This document shows positions 47,296 through 57,626 of a DNA stretch of 64,000 bases, piece after piece. The notes beneath the pieces are model-generated. The model was not told the DNA's origin, made no database searches, and saw nothing but the letters and a program-made list of their open reading frames with translations. How positions within the stretch are numbered: position 1 is the stretch's first letter; every line of letters starts with the position of its first letter. Made by a program: the position numbers and the translations under genes. Origin of the DNA: an archaeon GW2011_AR15 (GTDB lineage Archaea; Nanobdellota; Nanobdellia; Woesearchaeales; GW2011-AR15); assembly GCA_000830295.1 (NCBI GenBank), contig CP010425.1, positions 448,001-512,000 of the forward strand, in the 5' to 3' direction.

Positions 47296-48549
47296 ATGTA
47301 TAAAGTTGCAATAATCGGCTTAGGTTATGTCGGCCTTCCTCTGGCATGCCTCTGCGCAAAAAAAGGGCATAAAGTCATAGGGCTGGACATAGACAAAAAC
47401 AAAATCGATAAAATCAATATCGGAGTAAGTCCTCTTGATGATGAATACATCAAAAAAAATCTGAAAAAAGGCGCAATTGTAGCAACTGATGATTTTTCAA
47501 AAATAAAAGCTGCAGAAATCATTGTTATATGCGTTCCAACCCCAGTAAATAAGGAACATCTCCCTGATTTGTCTTTTGTGGAAAAGTCAGTCGAGAGCGT
47601 GTCAAAAAATCTGGAAAAAGGACAATTAGTAGTCTTGGAAAGCACAGTCTACCCCGGCACAACAGAGGAAATAATCAAACCCATTCTTGAAAAATCAGGA
47701 AAAGCATTTTACCTGGCGCACTGCCCTGAAAGGATTGATCCCGGAAACAAAAAATGGACAATTGAGAATATTCCAAGGGTTGTTGGCGGCACAAATCACG
47801 AATCAACAGAAAAGGCCGCAGAATTCTATAGGACAATAATAAGCGCCGATATCATTGAAGTTAAATCATCCAAAGAAGCTGAAGCAACCAAAATAATGGA
47901 GAATACCTTCAGGGATGTCAACATAGCCTTCATCAATGAGATGGCAAAGAGCTTTGACAGGGCAGGAATTGATATTATTGATGTGATAAAAGGGGCGTCC
48001 TCAAAGCCGTTTGCATTCATGCCGCACTATCCGGGGGTAGGAGTCGGTGGCCACTGCATTTCAGTTGATCCCCATTACCTAATTGCAAAGGCAAGAGGAT
48101 ACGGGTTTGAGCATGAATTTCTGAAGCTGGCAAGGAAAATAAACGACAGCATGCCCGAATACACTGTCGAACTTCTGGAAAAAGAGCTGAAAAAATCTGG
48201 AAAAGACCTTGCAGGAGCAAAAGTAGGTGTTCTTGGCCTGGCATACAAAGGCAACATTGACGACATAAGGGAGAGCCCGGCGGTTGAGGTAATAAAGATA
48301 TTAAAAGAGAAAAAAGCAAATGTTGTTGTTTACGATCCCCACATTCCGATAAAATCAGATGCAAAAACTCTTTCAGAACTAGTGGATAAATCAGACTATC
48401 TTATTCTTGTGACTGCGCATGACGAATTCAGAAATATGGATCTTGAGAAACTCAAGGGAAAAATAAAAATAATAATTGATGGAAGGAACTGCCTTGATAA
48501 AAACAAAGTAATAGCTTTGGGCATAAAGTATAAAGGCATAGGAAGGTAG
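47296..48549 (+). CDS. UDP-N-acetylhexosamine dehydrogenase (WbpA/WecC-like)
   Basis: GLGYVGLPLA, ESTVYPGTT, PERIDPGN, ENTFRDVNIA, GVGGHCI. Confidence 0.9.
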   Translation: MYKVAIIGLGYVGLPLACLCAKKGHKVIGLDIDKNKIDKINIGVSPLDDEYIKKNLKKGAIVATDDFSKIKAAEIIVICVPTPVNKEHLPDLSFVEKSVESVSKNLEKGQLVVLESTVYPGTTEEIIKPILEKSGKAFYLAHCPERIDPGNKKWTIENIPRVVGGTNHESTEKAAEFYRTIISADIIEVKSSKEAEATKIMENTFRDVNIAFINEMAKSFDRAGIDIIDVIKGASSKPFAFMPHYPGVGVGGHCISVDPHYLIAKARGYGFEHEFLKLARKINDSMPEYTVELLEKELKKSGKDLAGAKVGVLGLAYKGNIDDIRESPAVEVIKILKEKKANVVVYDPHIPIKSDAKTLSELVDKSDYLILVTAHDEFRNMDLEKLKGKIKIIIDGRNCLDKNKVIALGIKYKGIGR

Positions 48550-48555
48550 CTTCCT

Positions 48556-50106
48556 ATGGCAGAATACTCAAAAAAAATAGTAAAAGGCACAATAACAGTG
48601 CTTATTTTCACGTTTCTTTCTGCTCTTTTGGGATATGTTCTGAAATTCGTGTTTGCAAGATATCTGCAGGTTGAAGAGATTGGTCTTTTTTATTCCGTTC
48701 TGGGATTTATTCTTTTCTTTGCATTCATCAGAGATTTGGGTCTGTCTGATTCCCTTACGTATTTTATTCCAAGATTTAAAGTAGATAACAAAAAGAAAAA
48801 TATCAAATCAGCTATTTTATTTACACTCTATATCCAGATGGCAATCGGAATTCTGTTTGCTGTTGTTTTTGTTGCATTGTCAAATACTCTTGTAAAATAT
48901 TATTTTAAGGATGAACGGGCACTTTTTCTCATACTCGGGCTTGCATTTTACTTTGTTATCGAAGGGATTTATGAAGTATTATTCCAATCTTTCCAGGGAT
49001 TTCAGGATATGTTTCTTTTTCAGGGGCTGGAGTTTTCTTTCCAGGTCATATCACTTGCCTTTTTTTTGGTATTTATATTTGCCAAAATACCAATAACATA
49101 TTTTGCCATAGTTTATCTTATTAGCATGATAATTTCCACAACAATTTTCTTCGTTTTGTTTGTTAAAAAGTTGTTTCCGGATTTCTTTTATATAAAGACA
49201 AAAATATCAAAAAAACTGAAAAAAGAAATGCTTGAGTATTCATTTCCAACAATGATGGGTAGCCTTGCGGGTACAATCTTTAGCCAGCAATCAGTATTCT
49301 TCCTCACTTTTTTTGTAGGACTTGAAGCAGTGGGCTATTATGTCATGGCGCACGCTCTTGCAAAAATCTCAATCTTCTTTTTCAAGGCTGTAAATTTTGT
49401 TTTTTCCCCCATAATGTCAGAGATGTGGAAAAAGAAAGACATCAAAAGCCTGAATTATTATTTTAATGAAATGATAACATACACATATGTTGTTGGGGTT
49501 CCGATGGTCCTCGCTCTTGTTGTTTTTCCCCAAGAGATTCTTAGGATATTATATTCAGACTCCTTTTTGCCAGCATCACAAGCCCTAATGCTATTAGCAT
49601 TTTATTACCCTTTTTTTAGTTTTAACAGCCTCTTCAAAAGAGCATTTTTAAGCGCCGGCATGCCAAAACTTGCAAGAAATGCAACGTATGCCACACTAAT
49701 AGTAAACCTGGTTTTTAATATTGTTCTTATCCCCACATATGGCCTTCTTGGTGCAGTAATAGCCGATATAGTATCTATCGCTATTACAACAATTTATGTA
49801 TTATATCTAAACCACAAACACCTATCAATCCTCATAGATAAAAATAAACTTGTAAGGGTTATCGTAGCTTCAACACTTTTCATCATATCTGCGGCCGTCC
49901 TTAAGCACATAATTAACATGCCAATAATCCTTGAATTGATTTTAGTATTGATTATTGCAGGCGGCACTTATATAGGGGCCATATTCGCTCTTGGCATAAT
50001 ATCGTTTAAGAAAATAATTTTTGTTTTGGATTTAATTACCAATAAGAAGTTTAGGCATTATTTTTTGAAAGAAGAGAAAGTGCCAATTAAAGATACCCCC
50101 AAATAG
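48556..50106 (+). CDS. Oligosaccharide flippase (Wzx/MOP family)
   Basis: About 14 hydrophobic segments, DLGL motif, LVFNIVLIPTYGLLGAVIA. Confidence 0.88.
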   Translation: MAEYSKKIVKGTITVLIFTFLSALLGYVLKFVFARYLQVEEIGLFYSVLGFILFFAFIRDLGLSDSLTYFIPRFKVDNKKKNIKSAILFTLYIQMAIGILFAVVFVALSNTLVKYYFKDERALFLILGLAFYFVIEGIYEVLFQSFQGFQDMFLFQGLEFSFQVISLAFFLVFIFAKIPITYFAIVYLISMIISTTIFFVLFVKKLFPDFFYIKTKISKKLKKEMLEYSFPTMMGSLAGTIFSQQSVFFLTFFVGLEAVGYYVMAHALAKISIFFFKAVNFVFSPIMSEMWKKKDIKSLNYYFNEMITYTYVVGVPMVLALVVFPQEILRILYSDSFLPASQALMLLAFYYPFFSFNSLFKRAFLSAGMPKLARNATYATLIVNLVFNIVLIPTYGLLGAVIADIVSIAITTIYVLYLNHKHLSILIDKNKLVRVIVASTLFIISAAVLKHIINMPIILELILVLIIAGGTYIGAIFALGIISFKKIIFVLDLITNKKFRHYFLKEEKVPIKDTPK

Positions 50107-50107
50107 G

Positions 50108-50980
50108 TCAGAACTTTTCACTTAGTTTTGCAATAAAAATATTACTGTCAGCATCATCAGGGGAAACACCTTCTTTTATACAGCTAAGGAAGGCCGCCAC
50201 TTCCTCTTGCAATGGCTCTTTTTCATTTCTAAAAATAGGCTTCAATCTGCTTTTTTCAGACACCAAAATCGTGTTATCTTTCCAGACAAATTCTTTCCCG
50301 GATCTTGTTTTTACTGTAACGCGCTTTTCTTTTTTCTTTGAGACCCTATCTATGTTTATAGTTGCATTATACTTTTTAGATTCTAAACTTAAACTGATGA
50401 TATCGGCATCTGTTTTTACTCCCTTTTTAGTTTTCATGACAAAGCTGTCGGGAGGGTTGCCAGTTAAATCATATACCAAAGTCCAGTCATGCACCGCCAG
50501 ATTCTGGAATATGCTTTCCCCGAAGCTCCCATATTTTTTCCAGTCTGTTTCTATCATAACAGGCGCATCATTCCCCACCAGCTTTTTTAGTTCGATATAG
50601 CACGGATGGTATAAGAAAATATATCCAACAAACAAAACGAGTTTTTTCTTTCTCGCCAGATCATACAATTCTTTAACTTCGTTTTTATTCAATGCCAATG
50701 GTTTTTCCACAAACACGTGTTTTCCTGCAGCAAGAGCATCTTTTGCAATCTTATAGTGCGTGCTTATGGGAGTTGATATGATTACAGCATCAACTGTTTT
50801 GTCATTGAGAATCTCTGAATATTCTCTTGTTATTCTGACAGCAGGATAATGTTCCTTTATCCATCTCTCAGTTTCTTTGCTTTCCTTGTATGCTGTCCAT
50901 TTGACAGTGCTTAGCTTATCAAAAACTCTGAGAAGATTTTTACCCCAGTTGCCTACCCCGATTATTCCGACACTTACCAT
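50108..50980 (-). CDS. Gfo/Idh/MocA oxidoreductase
   Basis: IIGVGNWG, ISTPISTH, HVFVEKPL, LAVHD. Confidence 0.88.
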   Translation of the reverse strand: MVSVGIIGVGNWGKNLLRVFDKLSTVKWTAYKESKETERWIKEHYPAVRITREYSEILNDKTVDAVIISTPISTHYKIAKDALAAGKHVFVEKPLALNKNEVKELYDLARKKKLVLFVGYIFLYHPCYIELKKLVGNDAPVMIETDWKKYGSFGESIFQNLAVHDWTLVYDLTGNPPDSFVMKTKKGVKTDADIISLSLESKKYNATINIDRVSKKKEKRVTVKTRSGKEFVWKDNTILVSEKSRLKPIFRNEKEPLQEEVAAFLSCIKEGVSPDDADSNIFIAKLSEKF

Positions 50981-51015
50981 GGCCAGAAATATATCAAATT
51001 TCTATAAAAAACCTT

Positions 51016-52080
51016 CTAATTTCTTTTAAGATTGTTTGCAACCTCAAGAACTTCCTCAGCAGCCTCCATGCACGTCCCTATTTTCCCTGAGAAAACAGTA
51101 ATTATCTTTTCATTTACCTGTTCCACCATGGTTGGCCTGGCATCATCATGCTCCCTGTATGGGAGCACAGTCCTGTAAGTATACATTGAACCAATATGTT
51201 CTGCTTTGTTTATTCCAGGAAAGAACTCTTCGGCCGCCCCCATAAAATTTTTTATTTTGGTTGCCGGTGGATTTTTTATTATTCCATTATTCAGCAGCTT
51301 CTCAAATCCTCTGGGAACTTCCGGAAGCTTTCCAATGGTTCTCTGGTGTATGGCATGCACGACGTTTCCCATTGCATGATATTCAGTATCGCTGTAAGGG
51401 TCTATGCACATGAAAGGCCCATCAAGTATAACTACGCTCTTTTTACTGAATTTTTTTGGCAGTTTGAGAATAGGTTTTTCACACAGTTCATACTGGTACT
51501 CCTTTTTTGCTTTAGGAAATTTGTCAAGGAGAGCATTATTCCTGGAGTATGTTGTAATGATTATCAAATTATATTTTTCAATATCAGCCATGCTGACTCT
51601 CTTGTTCAATTTTACATTTACCTTATGCTTTTTCAGGTAATTCCAGCAAATCTCTCTCAGTTTCTTTGGATCAAAAAGGTCCTCCCTTACCCCGACAGAA
51701 AGCCCAATTTTATCGTTGTTAACTATATCTAAATCAGTTTTTTCATATTCCAGCCCGCATTCATCCCATATTTTAAGGCATTCTTCAGGAGAGGATAGAG
51801 AATTTTCATTGGCCACGCAGTAATAATGCCCTATATCATGATTCATAATAGAGCCGCCATATGCTCTTTTGAACCCTGACTCTCCCTTTATAGACATCAG
51901 GACAGTTTCCCTGCTTCTGGGATAATGATATCCCCTGTGGAGCCTGTACTGGTTTATTCCTGAAGCCGCCTGCAGGATATCTCCTTTCTCCTCAAATAAA
52001 TCCACAGGATATCCGTTTTTGGCAAGCAGCCATGCTGCTGAAACGCCAAAAATACCAGCCCCGACAATGGCGATTCTCAT
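51016..52080 (-). CDS. FAD-dependent oxidoreductase
   Basis: IAIVGAGIFG, ASGINQYRLHRGYHYPRS, DGPFMCIDP, SGKI. Confidence 0.8.
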   Translation of the reverse strand: MRIAIVGAGIFGVSAAWLLAKNGYPVDLFEEKGDILQAASGINQYRLHRGYHYPRSRETVLMSIKGESGFKRAYGGSIMNHDIGHYYCVANENSLSSPEECLKIWDECGLEYEKTDLDIVNNDKIGLSVGVREDLFDPKKLREICWNYLKKHKVNVKLNKRVSMADIEKYNLIIITTYSRNNALLDKFPKAKKEYQYELCEKPILKLPKKFSKKSVVILDGPFMCIDPYSDTEYHAMGNVVHAIHQRTIGKLPEVPRGFEKLLNNGIIKNPPATKIKNFMGAAEEFFPGINKAEHIGSMYTYRTVLPYREHDDARPTMVEQVNEKIITVFSGKIGTCMEAAEEVLEVANNLKRN

Positions 52081-52159
52081 ACTTTGCAAGATATGGTGTT
52101 TTTTATTAAACCTTTCTATAGCAGGTAAATATTTAAGTGGCTAATTTATTACTGGTTAC

Positions 52160-53347
52160 ATGTCCAGGATATTTATTATTGTCAGAGATTTTAGGGAGAA
52201 TAGCGGATCATACTCCGGCATGGTTGAAAAATTTTCTAAACATGCCTCAAAGAAAGGCTACAAAATAGTTATTTTGTGTGCTAGAACATCAGAAGGACTT
52301 GCATCATCCGAAAATCTAGAGTATGCAGAAGTCATCCGCTTCCCTCTAAACTCGTTCAGGATTGCAGGGATAGGAATGAATAATGATTACCTCGTGCTGG
52401 CAAAACATGTCAAAGAATACTTTTCAAAAACACATACTGAGAAAGAAGATATCATACTGGCAAATGGAAGAGCAGCGCTAGGTCTAAAAGGACGTAAATA
52501 CATTCTTAGAGTTGGTCAACCGGCGTTATATTTTCTTGAGAGTTTGGAGATTGCAAAAGAAAACACATCTCTTTTAACGAGGGCAGCAAGACAGATACAT
52601 TTTAGGTTTCAGTTATACCTGGAAAGGACGGCTTTTAGAAATGCAGAAGCCTACATCTTTTCTTCCATGGAAAGTATGAATCTAAACATTAAATACTACG
52701 ACGGGAAGAGAAAACCATATTTTATACCTATATCAGGAACCAATTATGAAAATTTGAAATCAACCAATAAGGGAAGGAAAAAAGAGAAGACAATCCTCTT
52801 TATTTCAGCTGGAAGCGGAGAGAAAATCCGAAAAGGTACAATTCATCTAGAACAGGCATTGCCAGGCATTTTTTCAGAATATAATGGTGTTTCCTTAACA
52901 CATGTTGGAACACCCTTTGAATGGAATCTTCCTGGCTGGTGCAAAAAAAGAATTAATTCAGTAGGAAGAGTTCCTTGGTCGGAAATCAATAATTATTATA
53001 GAACTTCAGACATAGTGGTAATCCCCTCCCTCTATGAGATTATACCCAATGTTCTTCTGGAAGCAATGTCTGCAGGGGGAAAAATTCTTGTTGGGAACAT
53101 GTGCGGAGTAAGCGAATATGTCAGTCATAAAGAGTCCGGATATATTTTTCAACGCGGGAATGTAGAATCACTAAAAACAGGACTTAGATATTTCCTGGAT
53201 AATCCAGATAAAACAAAAAAATTCGGTTCAATAGCACGGAAAAAAGCCGCAAGGATATCGTATGAGAATTATTCTAAAAACCTCCTAAACTTTCTTGTGT
53301 CTGTAAACAACGGCCAAAAACCGAATATAAACCTTCTCGAGGGATAA
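52160..53347 (+). CDS. GT4 glycosyltransferase
   Basis: IRKG, PSLYEIIPNVLLEAMSAG (EX7E). Confidence 0.88.
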   Translation: MSRIFIIVRDFRENSGSYSGMVEKFSKHASKKGYKIVILCARTSEGLASSENLEYAEVIRFPLNSFRIAGIGMNNDYLVLAKHVKEYFSKTHTEKEDIILANGRAALGLKGRKYILRVGQPALYFLESLEIAKENTSLLTRAARQIHFRFQLYLERTAFRNAEAYIFSSMESMNLNIKYYDGKRKPYFIPISGTNYENLKSTNKGRKKEKTILFISAGSGEKIRKGTIHLEQALPGIFSEYNGVSLTHVGTPFEWNLPGWCKKRINSVGRVPWSEINNYYRTSDIVVIPSLYEIIPNVLLEAMSAGGKILVGNMCGVSEYVSHKESGYIFQRGNVESLKTGLRYFLDNPDKTKKFGSIARKKAARISYENYSKNLLNFLVSVNNGQKPNINLLEG

Positions 53348-53381
53348 GATTTAAATAATGTTTTAGGTTTAGGTTTTTCAG

Positions 53382-54350
53382 ATGCAAAAAGTGCTTGTAA
53401 TCGGGGGTGCAGGATTCATTGGGTCTTTTATAGCAAGAGCCTTAGTTGAAAGAAAAATAGATGTTACAATATTTGACTCCTTTTACCAATATCTTCCAAA
53501 ACTTGTTCCTGACGAAAATAAGATACTGGCACAGGAAAATAGGTTTAAGGATATAGAAGGCAAAATTAAGGTTATTAGGGGCAATGCTGCAAATTATGGA
53601 GAAGTAAGGAGGGCAATTGAAGAGCAGGACCCGGACTGCATAATACACCTTGCAGGACTCCCATTAGCGAACAAATCGAATATCTATATCGAAGAATCGC
53701 TTGAGGGTGTGAAAGCTACAGGATGCATACTGCAGGTCATAAAAGACACAGGAAAGAAAATAAAATTTATCTACACCTCGTCAAGCACAGTGTACGGCGA
53801 TTTTGTATATCAGCCGGCAGATGAGGATCACCCCAAAAATCCGAGGGGAGTATATGCAGGGGTTAAGCTTGCAGGAGAACATATTACCTCATCATTCTGC
53901 CGCCAGTTTAACATTTCATATGTAATAATCAGGCCGAGCGGAGTTTATGGGCCGACAGACATAAATGAAAGGGTTGTGCAGAAATTCATAGAAAATGCAA
54001 TTGAGGGAAAGGAGATTGTCGTAAAAGACCCGACAAATATGATAGACTTCACATATGTGAAAGACCTTGCCGAAGGATATGCCCTTGCAGTTATAAAAGA
54101 AGAAGCCAATAACGAAACTTTTAACATTACTTGCGGCCAGGGAAGAACACTTGGTGAGCTTGCAGAGATAATAAAGAAGCATTTCCCGAAAACTAAATTG
54201 AAGATTGATGAGGCAGACAAAGACCTTCCAAGAAGAGGCGGGCTTAGCATAGAGAGAGCGAAAAAGAAGCTTGGGTATGTACCAAAATATCCACTCGAAA
54301 AAGGAATTGAGGAATATATTGTGTATTATAAGAGAAATGTCAGAAAATAA
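53382..54350 (+). CDS. NAD-dependent epimerase/dehydratase
   Basis: IGGAGFIGS, SSSTVYGD, YAGVK, RPSGVYGP. Confidence 0.88.
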   Translation: MQKVLVIGGAGFIGSFIARALVERKIDVTIFDSFYQYLPKLVPDENKILAQENRFKDIEGKIKVIRGNAANYGEVRRAIEEQDPDCIIHLAGLPLANKSNIYIEESLEGVKATGCILQVIKDTGKKIKFIYTSSSTVYGDFVYQPADEDHPKNPRGVYAGVKLAGEHITSSFCRQFNISYVIIRPSGVYGPTDINERVVQKFIENAIEGKEIVVKDPTNMIDFTYVKDLAEGYALAVIKEEANNETFNITCGQGRTLGELAEIIKKHFPKTKLKIDEADKDLPRRGGLSIERAKKKLGYVPKYPLEKGIEEYIVYYKRNVRK

Positions 54351-55479
54351 AGTACCATTATGCAGGCCAGAAATTGGAGAAAAAGAGATAGAGGAGATAA
54401 AAAGAGTTCTGGATTCCGGCTGGCTGGCGCATGGTCCCAAGGTAAAAGAATTTGAAAAAAAATTTGCCGAATATATCGGTGTGAAGTATGCGGTTTCCCT
54501 CAATTCCTGTGCATCAGCCCTTCAGGCTGCAATAATGGCAAAAAACCTGAAGGGAGAGATAATTCTTCCTTCTTTTACCTTTCCTGCCTCAGCCAATGCA
54601 ATAATCAATGCAGGATGTATTCCAGTATTTGCAGAGATAAGAAAAGACACAATGAACATAGATATTTCCGATGTAGAGAAGAAAATCACTTTAAGAACAG
54701 TTGGCATAATGCCAGTCCATTTTGCAGGTCAAAGCTGTGAAATGGATAAGATAATGGAGCTTGCAAAAAAACACAATATGACGATCATAGAAGATTCTGC
54801 AGAAGCAATAGGAACAACATATACTGGCAAAAAAACAGGAGCTTTTGGAGAGGGATGTTTTAGCTTTTACCCGACAAAAAATATAACCACGGCAGAGGGA
54901 GGCATGGTTACCACAAACAGCAAAGAAACTGCCGAGATGGTACAGACTATAAGGGGGCACGGAGTAAGCAAGGGCGCATATGAAAGGGAACATGCTGAAA
55001 AGCCATGGATAAGAATGGCAACAATGCCGGGATATAATTTCAGGATGAATGAGATACAGGCCGTGCTTGGTATTGAACAATTGAAAATCCTGGATGAACT
55101 CAATGAAAAGAGAAGAAAGAATGCTCAATATCTGAACCGAGGATTATCTCGGTATAGGGAAATAACAACACCATATGAAGATAAGAAAGGAAAGCACACA
55201 TACCAGATGTATGTAATTCAGCTTGATGAAAAAATAGATAGGGATGCTTTTGTAATATATTTGAGAAATAACGGCGTGGAAGCAAATGTCCATTTCTTTC
55301 CCGGAGTCCATCAGCATCCGTATTATGAAAAAACATTTGGGAAAAAGAGTCTGCCAGTAACAGAATCAATTTCTAGAATAGTTGCTACACTACCGATGTT
55401 TCCATCGATGACAAAGAAGCAAATGGATATAATAATTGAGAAAGTTGGAGAAGCCCTGAAAACAGCAAGATGGCATTAA
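54337..55479 (+). CDS. DegT/DnrJ PLP aminotransferase
   Basis: NSCASAL, EDSAEA, FSFYPTKNITTAEGGM, GYNFRM; start MSENKVP at 54337. Confidence 0.9.
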   Translation: MSENKVPLCRPEIGEKEIEEIKRVLDSGWLAHGPKVKEFEKKFAEYIGVKYAVSLNSCASALQAAIMAKNLKGEIILPSFTFPASANAIINAGCIPVFAEIRKDTMNIDISDVEKKITLRTVGIMPVHFAGQSCEMDKIMELAKKHNMTIIEDSAEAIGTTYTGKKTGAFGEGCFSFYPTKNITTAEGGMVTTNSKETAEMVQTIRGHGVSKGAYEREHAEKPWIRMATMPGYNFRMNEIQAVLGIEQLKILDELNEKRRKNAQYLNRGLSRYREITTPYEDKKGKHTYQMYVIQLDEKIDRDAFVIYLRNNGVEANVHFFPGVHQHPYYEKTFGKKSLPVTESISRIVATLPMFPSMTKKQMDIIIEKVGEALKTARWH

Positions 55480-55910
55480 TCATAAAAGAAATTGACGTTG
55501 ATATTACAAAAACACAGTTTGAGCATATTAAAAATCTTCTGATACAGCTTTATCCGAAAAATATGCCGCTCAGCTATCAGAGTTACAGAAATACACTCTT
55601 GGAAAATAAAATACGTGTTTTTTCAGCAGAAGAAAATAACAGAATAATAGCTATTGCAACATTAGTCATCTATAAGAAGCTTGGTGGCATTGTTGCGACT
55701 ATAGAAGATGTAGTAGTTGATAATTCAGAAAGAGGAAAAGGCGTAGGCACAAAACTGACCAGAAAACTGCTTGAAGAGGCAAAAAAAGCAGGGGTTAATT
55801 TTGTGGATGTAAACACAAGAAGACCGGATGCAAAGGCATTCTATGAGAAGTTGGGATTTACAGATAAAACGAAAGATAGGCCATTTTATTCGCTGAGATA
55901 TTATTTTTGA
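55470..55910 (+). CDS. GNAT N-acetyltransferase (GNA1-like)
   Basis: IEDVVVDNSERGKGVGTKL, AFYEKLGF. Confidence 0.88.
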   Translation: MALIIKEIDVDITKTQFEHIKNLLIQLYPKNMPLSYQSYRNTLLENKIRVFSAEENNRIIAIATLVIYKKLGGIVATIEDVVVDNSERGKGVGTKLTRKLLEEAKKAGVNFVDVNTRRPDAKAFYEKLGFTDKTKDRPFYSLRYYF

Positions 55911-55947
55911 GAAACAATTTATAAATTTTGACATACTTCGGCTTCTT

Positions 55948-56418
55948 ATGAACTTGTTAAATTCAGAAATAATAGAAAAAACGCTGCAGGAAGCAAGAAA
56001 GTCAGAGAGGGGAAGAGCCATATTTTGTTTTCACAAAAAAACAGACGGACTTCAGAGAATGGTAAATGCGGTTCTGAAAGAGACATATTTAAGGCCGCAT
56101 AAGCATGAAAATCCAGATAAACTCGAGATTTTCTCTATAGTGAAAGGAAAAGTGGCAATTTTAACCTTTGACGATTCCGGAAGAATAAACGAAAAAAGGA
56201 TACTTGATGAAAACGACGAGATAAAAATAGCAGAAATCCCACCAAAAACATGGCATAATTTCGTTGTACTAAGCAAAGAAGCAGTGCTATATGAGATTAT
56301 TGATGGTAAATACAACCCAAAGACGCATAAAAAAGAAGCTAAATGGGCTCCTGAAGAAAACACACCAGCAGCAAAGATTTATCTAACTAGATTAAGGAAA
56401 GAGACCAACAATGGTTAA
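55948..56418 (+). CDS. WbuC-family cupin
   Basis: ARKSERGR, QRMVNA, YLRPHKH, EIPPKTWH, GKY...AKWAPEE. Confidence 0.82.
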   Translation: MNLLNSEIIEKTLQEARKSERGRAIFCFHKKTDGLQRMVNAVLKETYLRPHKHENPDKLEIFSIVKGKVAILTFDDSGRINEKRILDENDEIKIAEIPPKTWHNFVVLSKEAVLYEIIDGKYNPKTHKKEAKWAPEENTPAAKIYLTRLRKETNNG

Positions 56419-57589
56419 AAAGATGTATATATTGGCTCAGGGATTTGCTGAAAACGGCGGAAGCTTTTTTGGTTTTGTTGAGGAAATTGCCAAGGCATTT
56501 TCAGGAAAGAGGTATGCAGTCAAAATCCTGTGCAGAAAGATGCAAAAAGCCGAAAAAAATTATGAGAGATTTTCATACGCAGAGGTCTACAGATTTCAGT
56601 TTTCCAAATTTCCATTCTTCAATGCAATTGCAGAAGAGCTGCTCTTCGCTTTCAAAGTAAACAGCTTCCTTAAGAAAGACAATTTTCAAGAAGGAGAGAT
56701 TATAATAGCAAATGGGCTTACGCCACTTGGACTGAAGAAAAGATATATTCTCAGAGCACCTGACCAACCTGTACTTACATTTCTCAAAAATATGGCCTTG
56801 GCGTCAAAATATACTCCATTTATTTCCAGAATAGCAAGAGCACTTCATTTTCACATTTTTTACTTCATGGATAAAAGAGTAATAAGAAATGCCACTGCAG
56901 TGATATATTCATCAGAAGCAAACAGACAAGAAAACATAAAACAATATGGCGTTGTTGGGAAACCGTACTTCATCCCAAACAAAGGCATTGACATATCTTA
57001 TTTTAAACATATTCCAAAAAAGAAAAAATCAAGAAAATTACTGTTTGTTGCTCACCGAGATGAGAAAATAAGGAAAGGAGCAATATATCTTGAGAGAATA
57101 TTGCCAAAACTATTTACAAAGTATCCCGATGCGGAGCTCACACATGTTGGAGAAAAATCTCTTTGGGATGTGCCTGATTGGTGCAGAAAAAGAATAAACT
57201 CAACCGGTAAAGTACCAAAAGATAAAATGAGAGAATACTACATGGCATCAGACATACTTGTGTTTTGTGCTCTCAACGAGGGAATTCCGGCAACGATAAT
57301 GGAAGCAATGGCGTCAAAACTGCCTATTGTAACCAGTGATATAGAAGGCGTTGGAGAATATATCGAGCATATGAAAGGAGGGTATATTTACAAAAGAGGA
57401 GATGCAAAAGGATTGTTGTCCGGAATTTCATATATGTTGGATAATCCTGAAAAAAGCATGAAAATGGCAGAGAATTCTTTTGAAAAAATAAAATCTCTTG
57501 ATAGTAAGAAATATTATCCTCTTCTTTTGAAATTTGCTGAAGATATATATGCAGGCAAACCAGAGAGTAAAGATATACTTAACTCATAA
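56411..57589 (+). CDS. GT4 glycosyltransferase (paralog of 52160-53347)
   Basis: IRKG, NEGIPATIMEAMAS. Confidence 0.88.
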   Translation: MVKKMYILAQGFAENGGSFFGFVEEIAKAFSGKRYAVKILCRKMQKAEKNYERFSYAEVYRFQFSKFPFFNAIAEELLFAFKVNSFLKKDNFQEGEIIIANGLTPLGLKKRYILRAPDQPVLTFLKNMALASKYTPFISRIARALHFHIFYFMDKRVIRNATAVIYSSEANRQENIKQYGVVGKPYFIPNKGIDISYFKHIPKKKKSRKLLFVAHRDEKIRKGAIYLERILPKLFTKYPDAELTHVGEKSLWDVPDWCRKRINSTGKVPKDKMREYYMASDILVFCALNEGIPATIMEAMASKLPIVTSDIEGVGEYIEHMKGGYIYKRGDAKGLLSGISYMLDNPEKSMKMAENSFEKIKSLDSKKYYPLLLKFAEDIYAGKPESKDILNS

Positions 57590-57626
57590 AATGATCATAC
57601 GTTTAGAAAACAGGGGAAACAACAAT

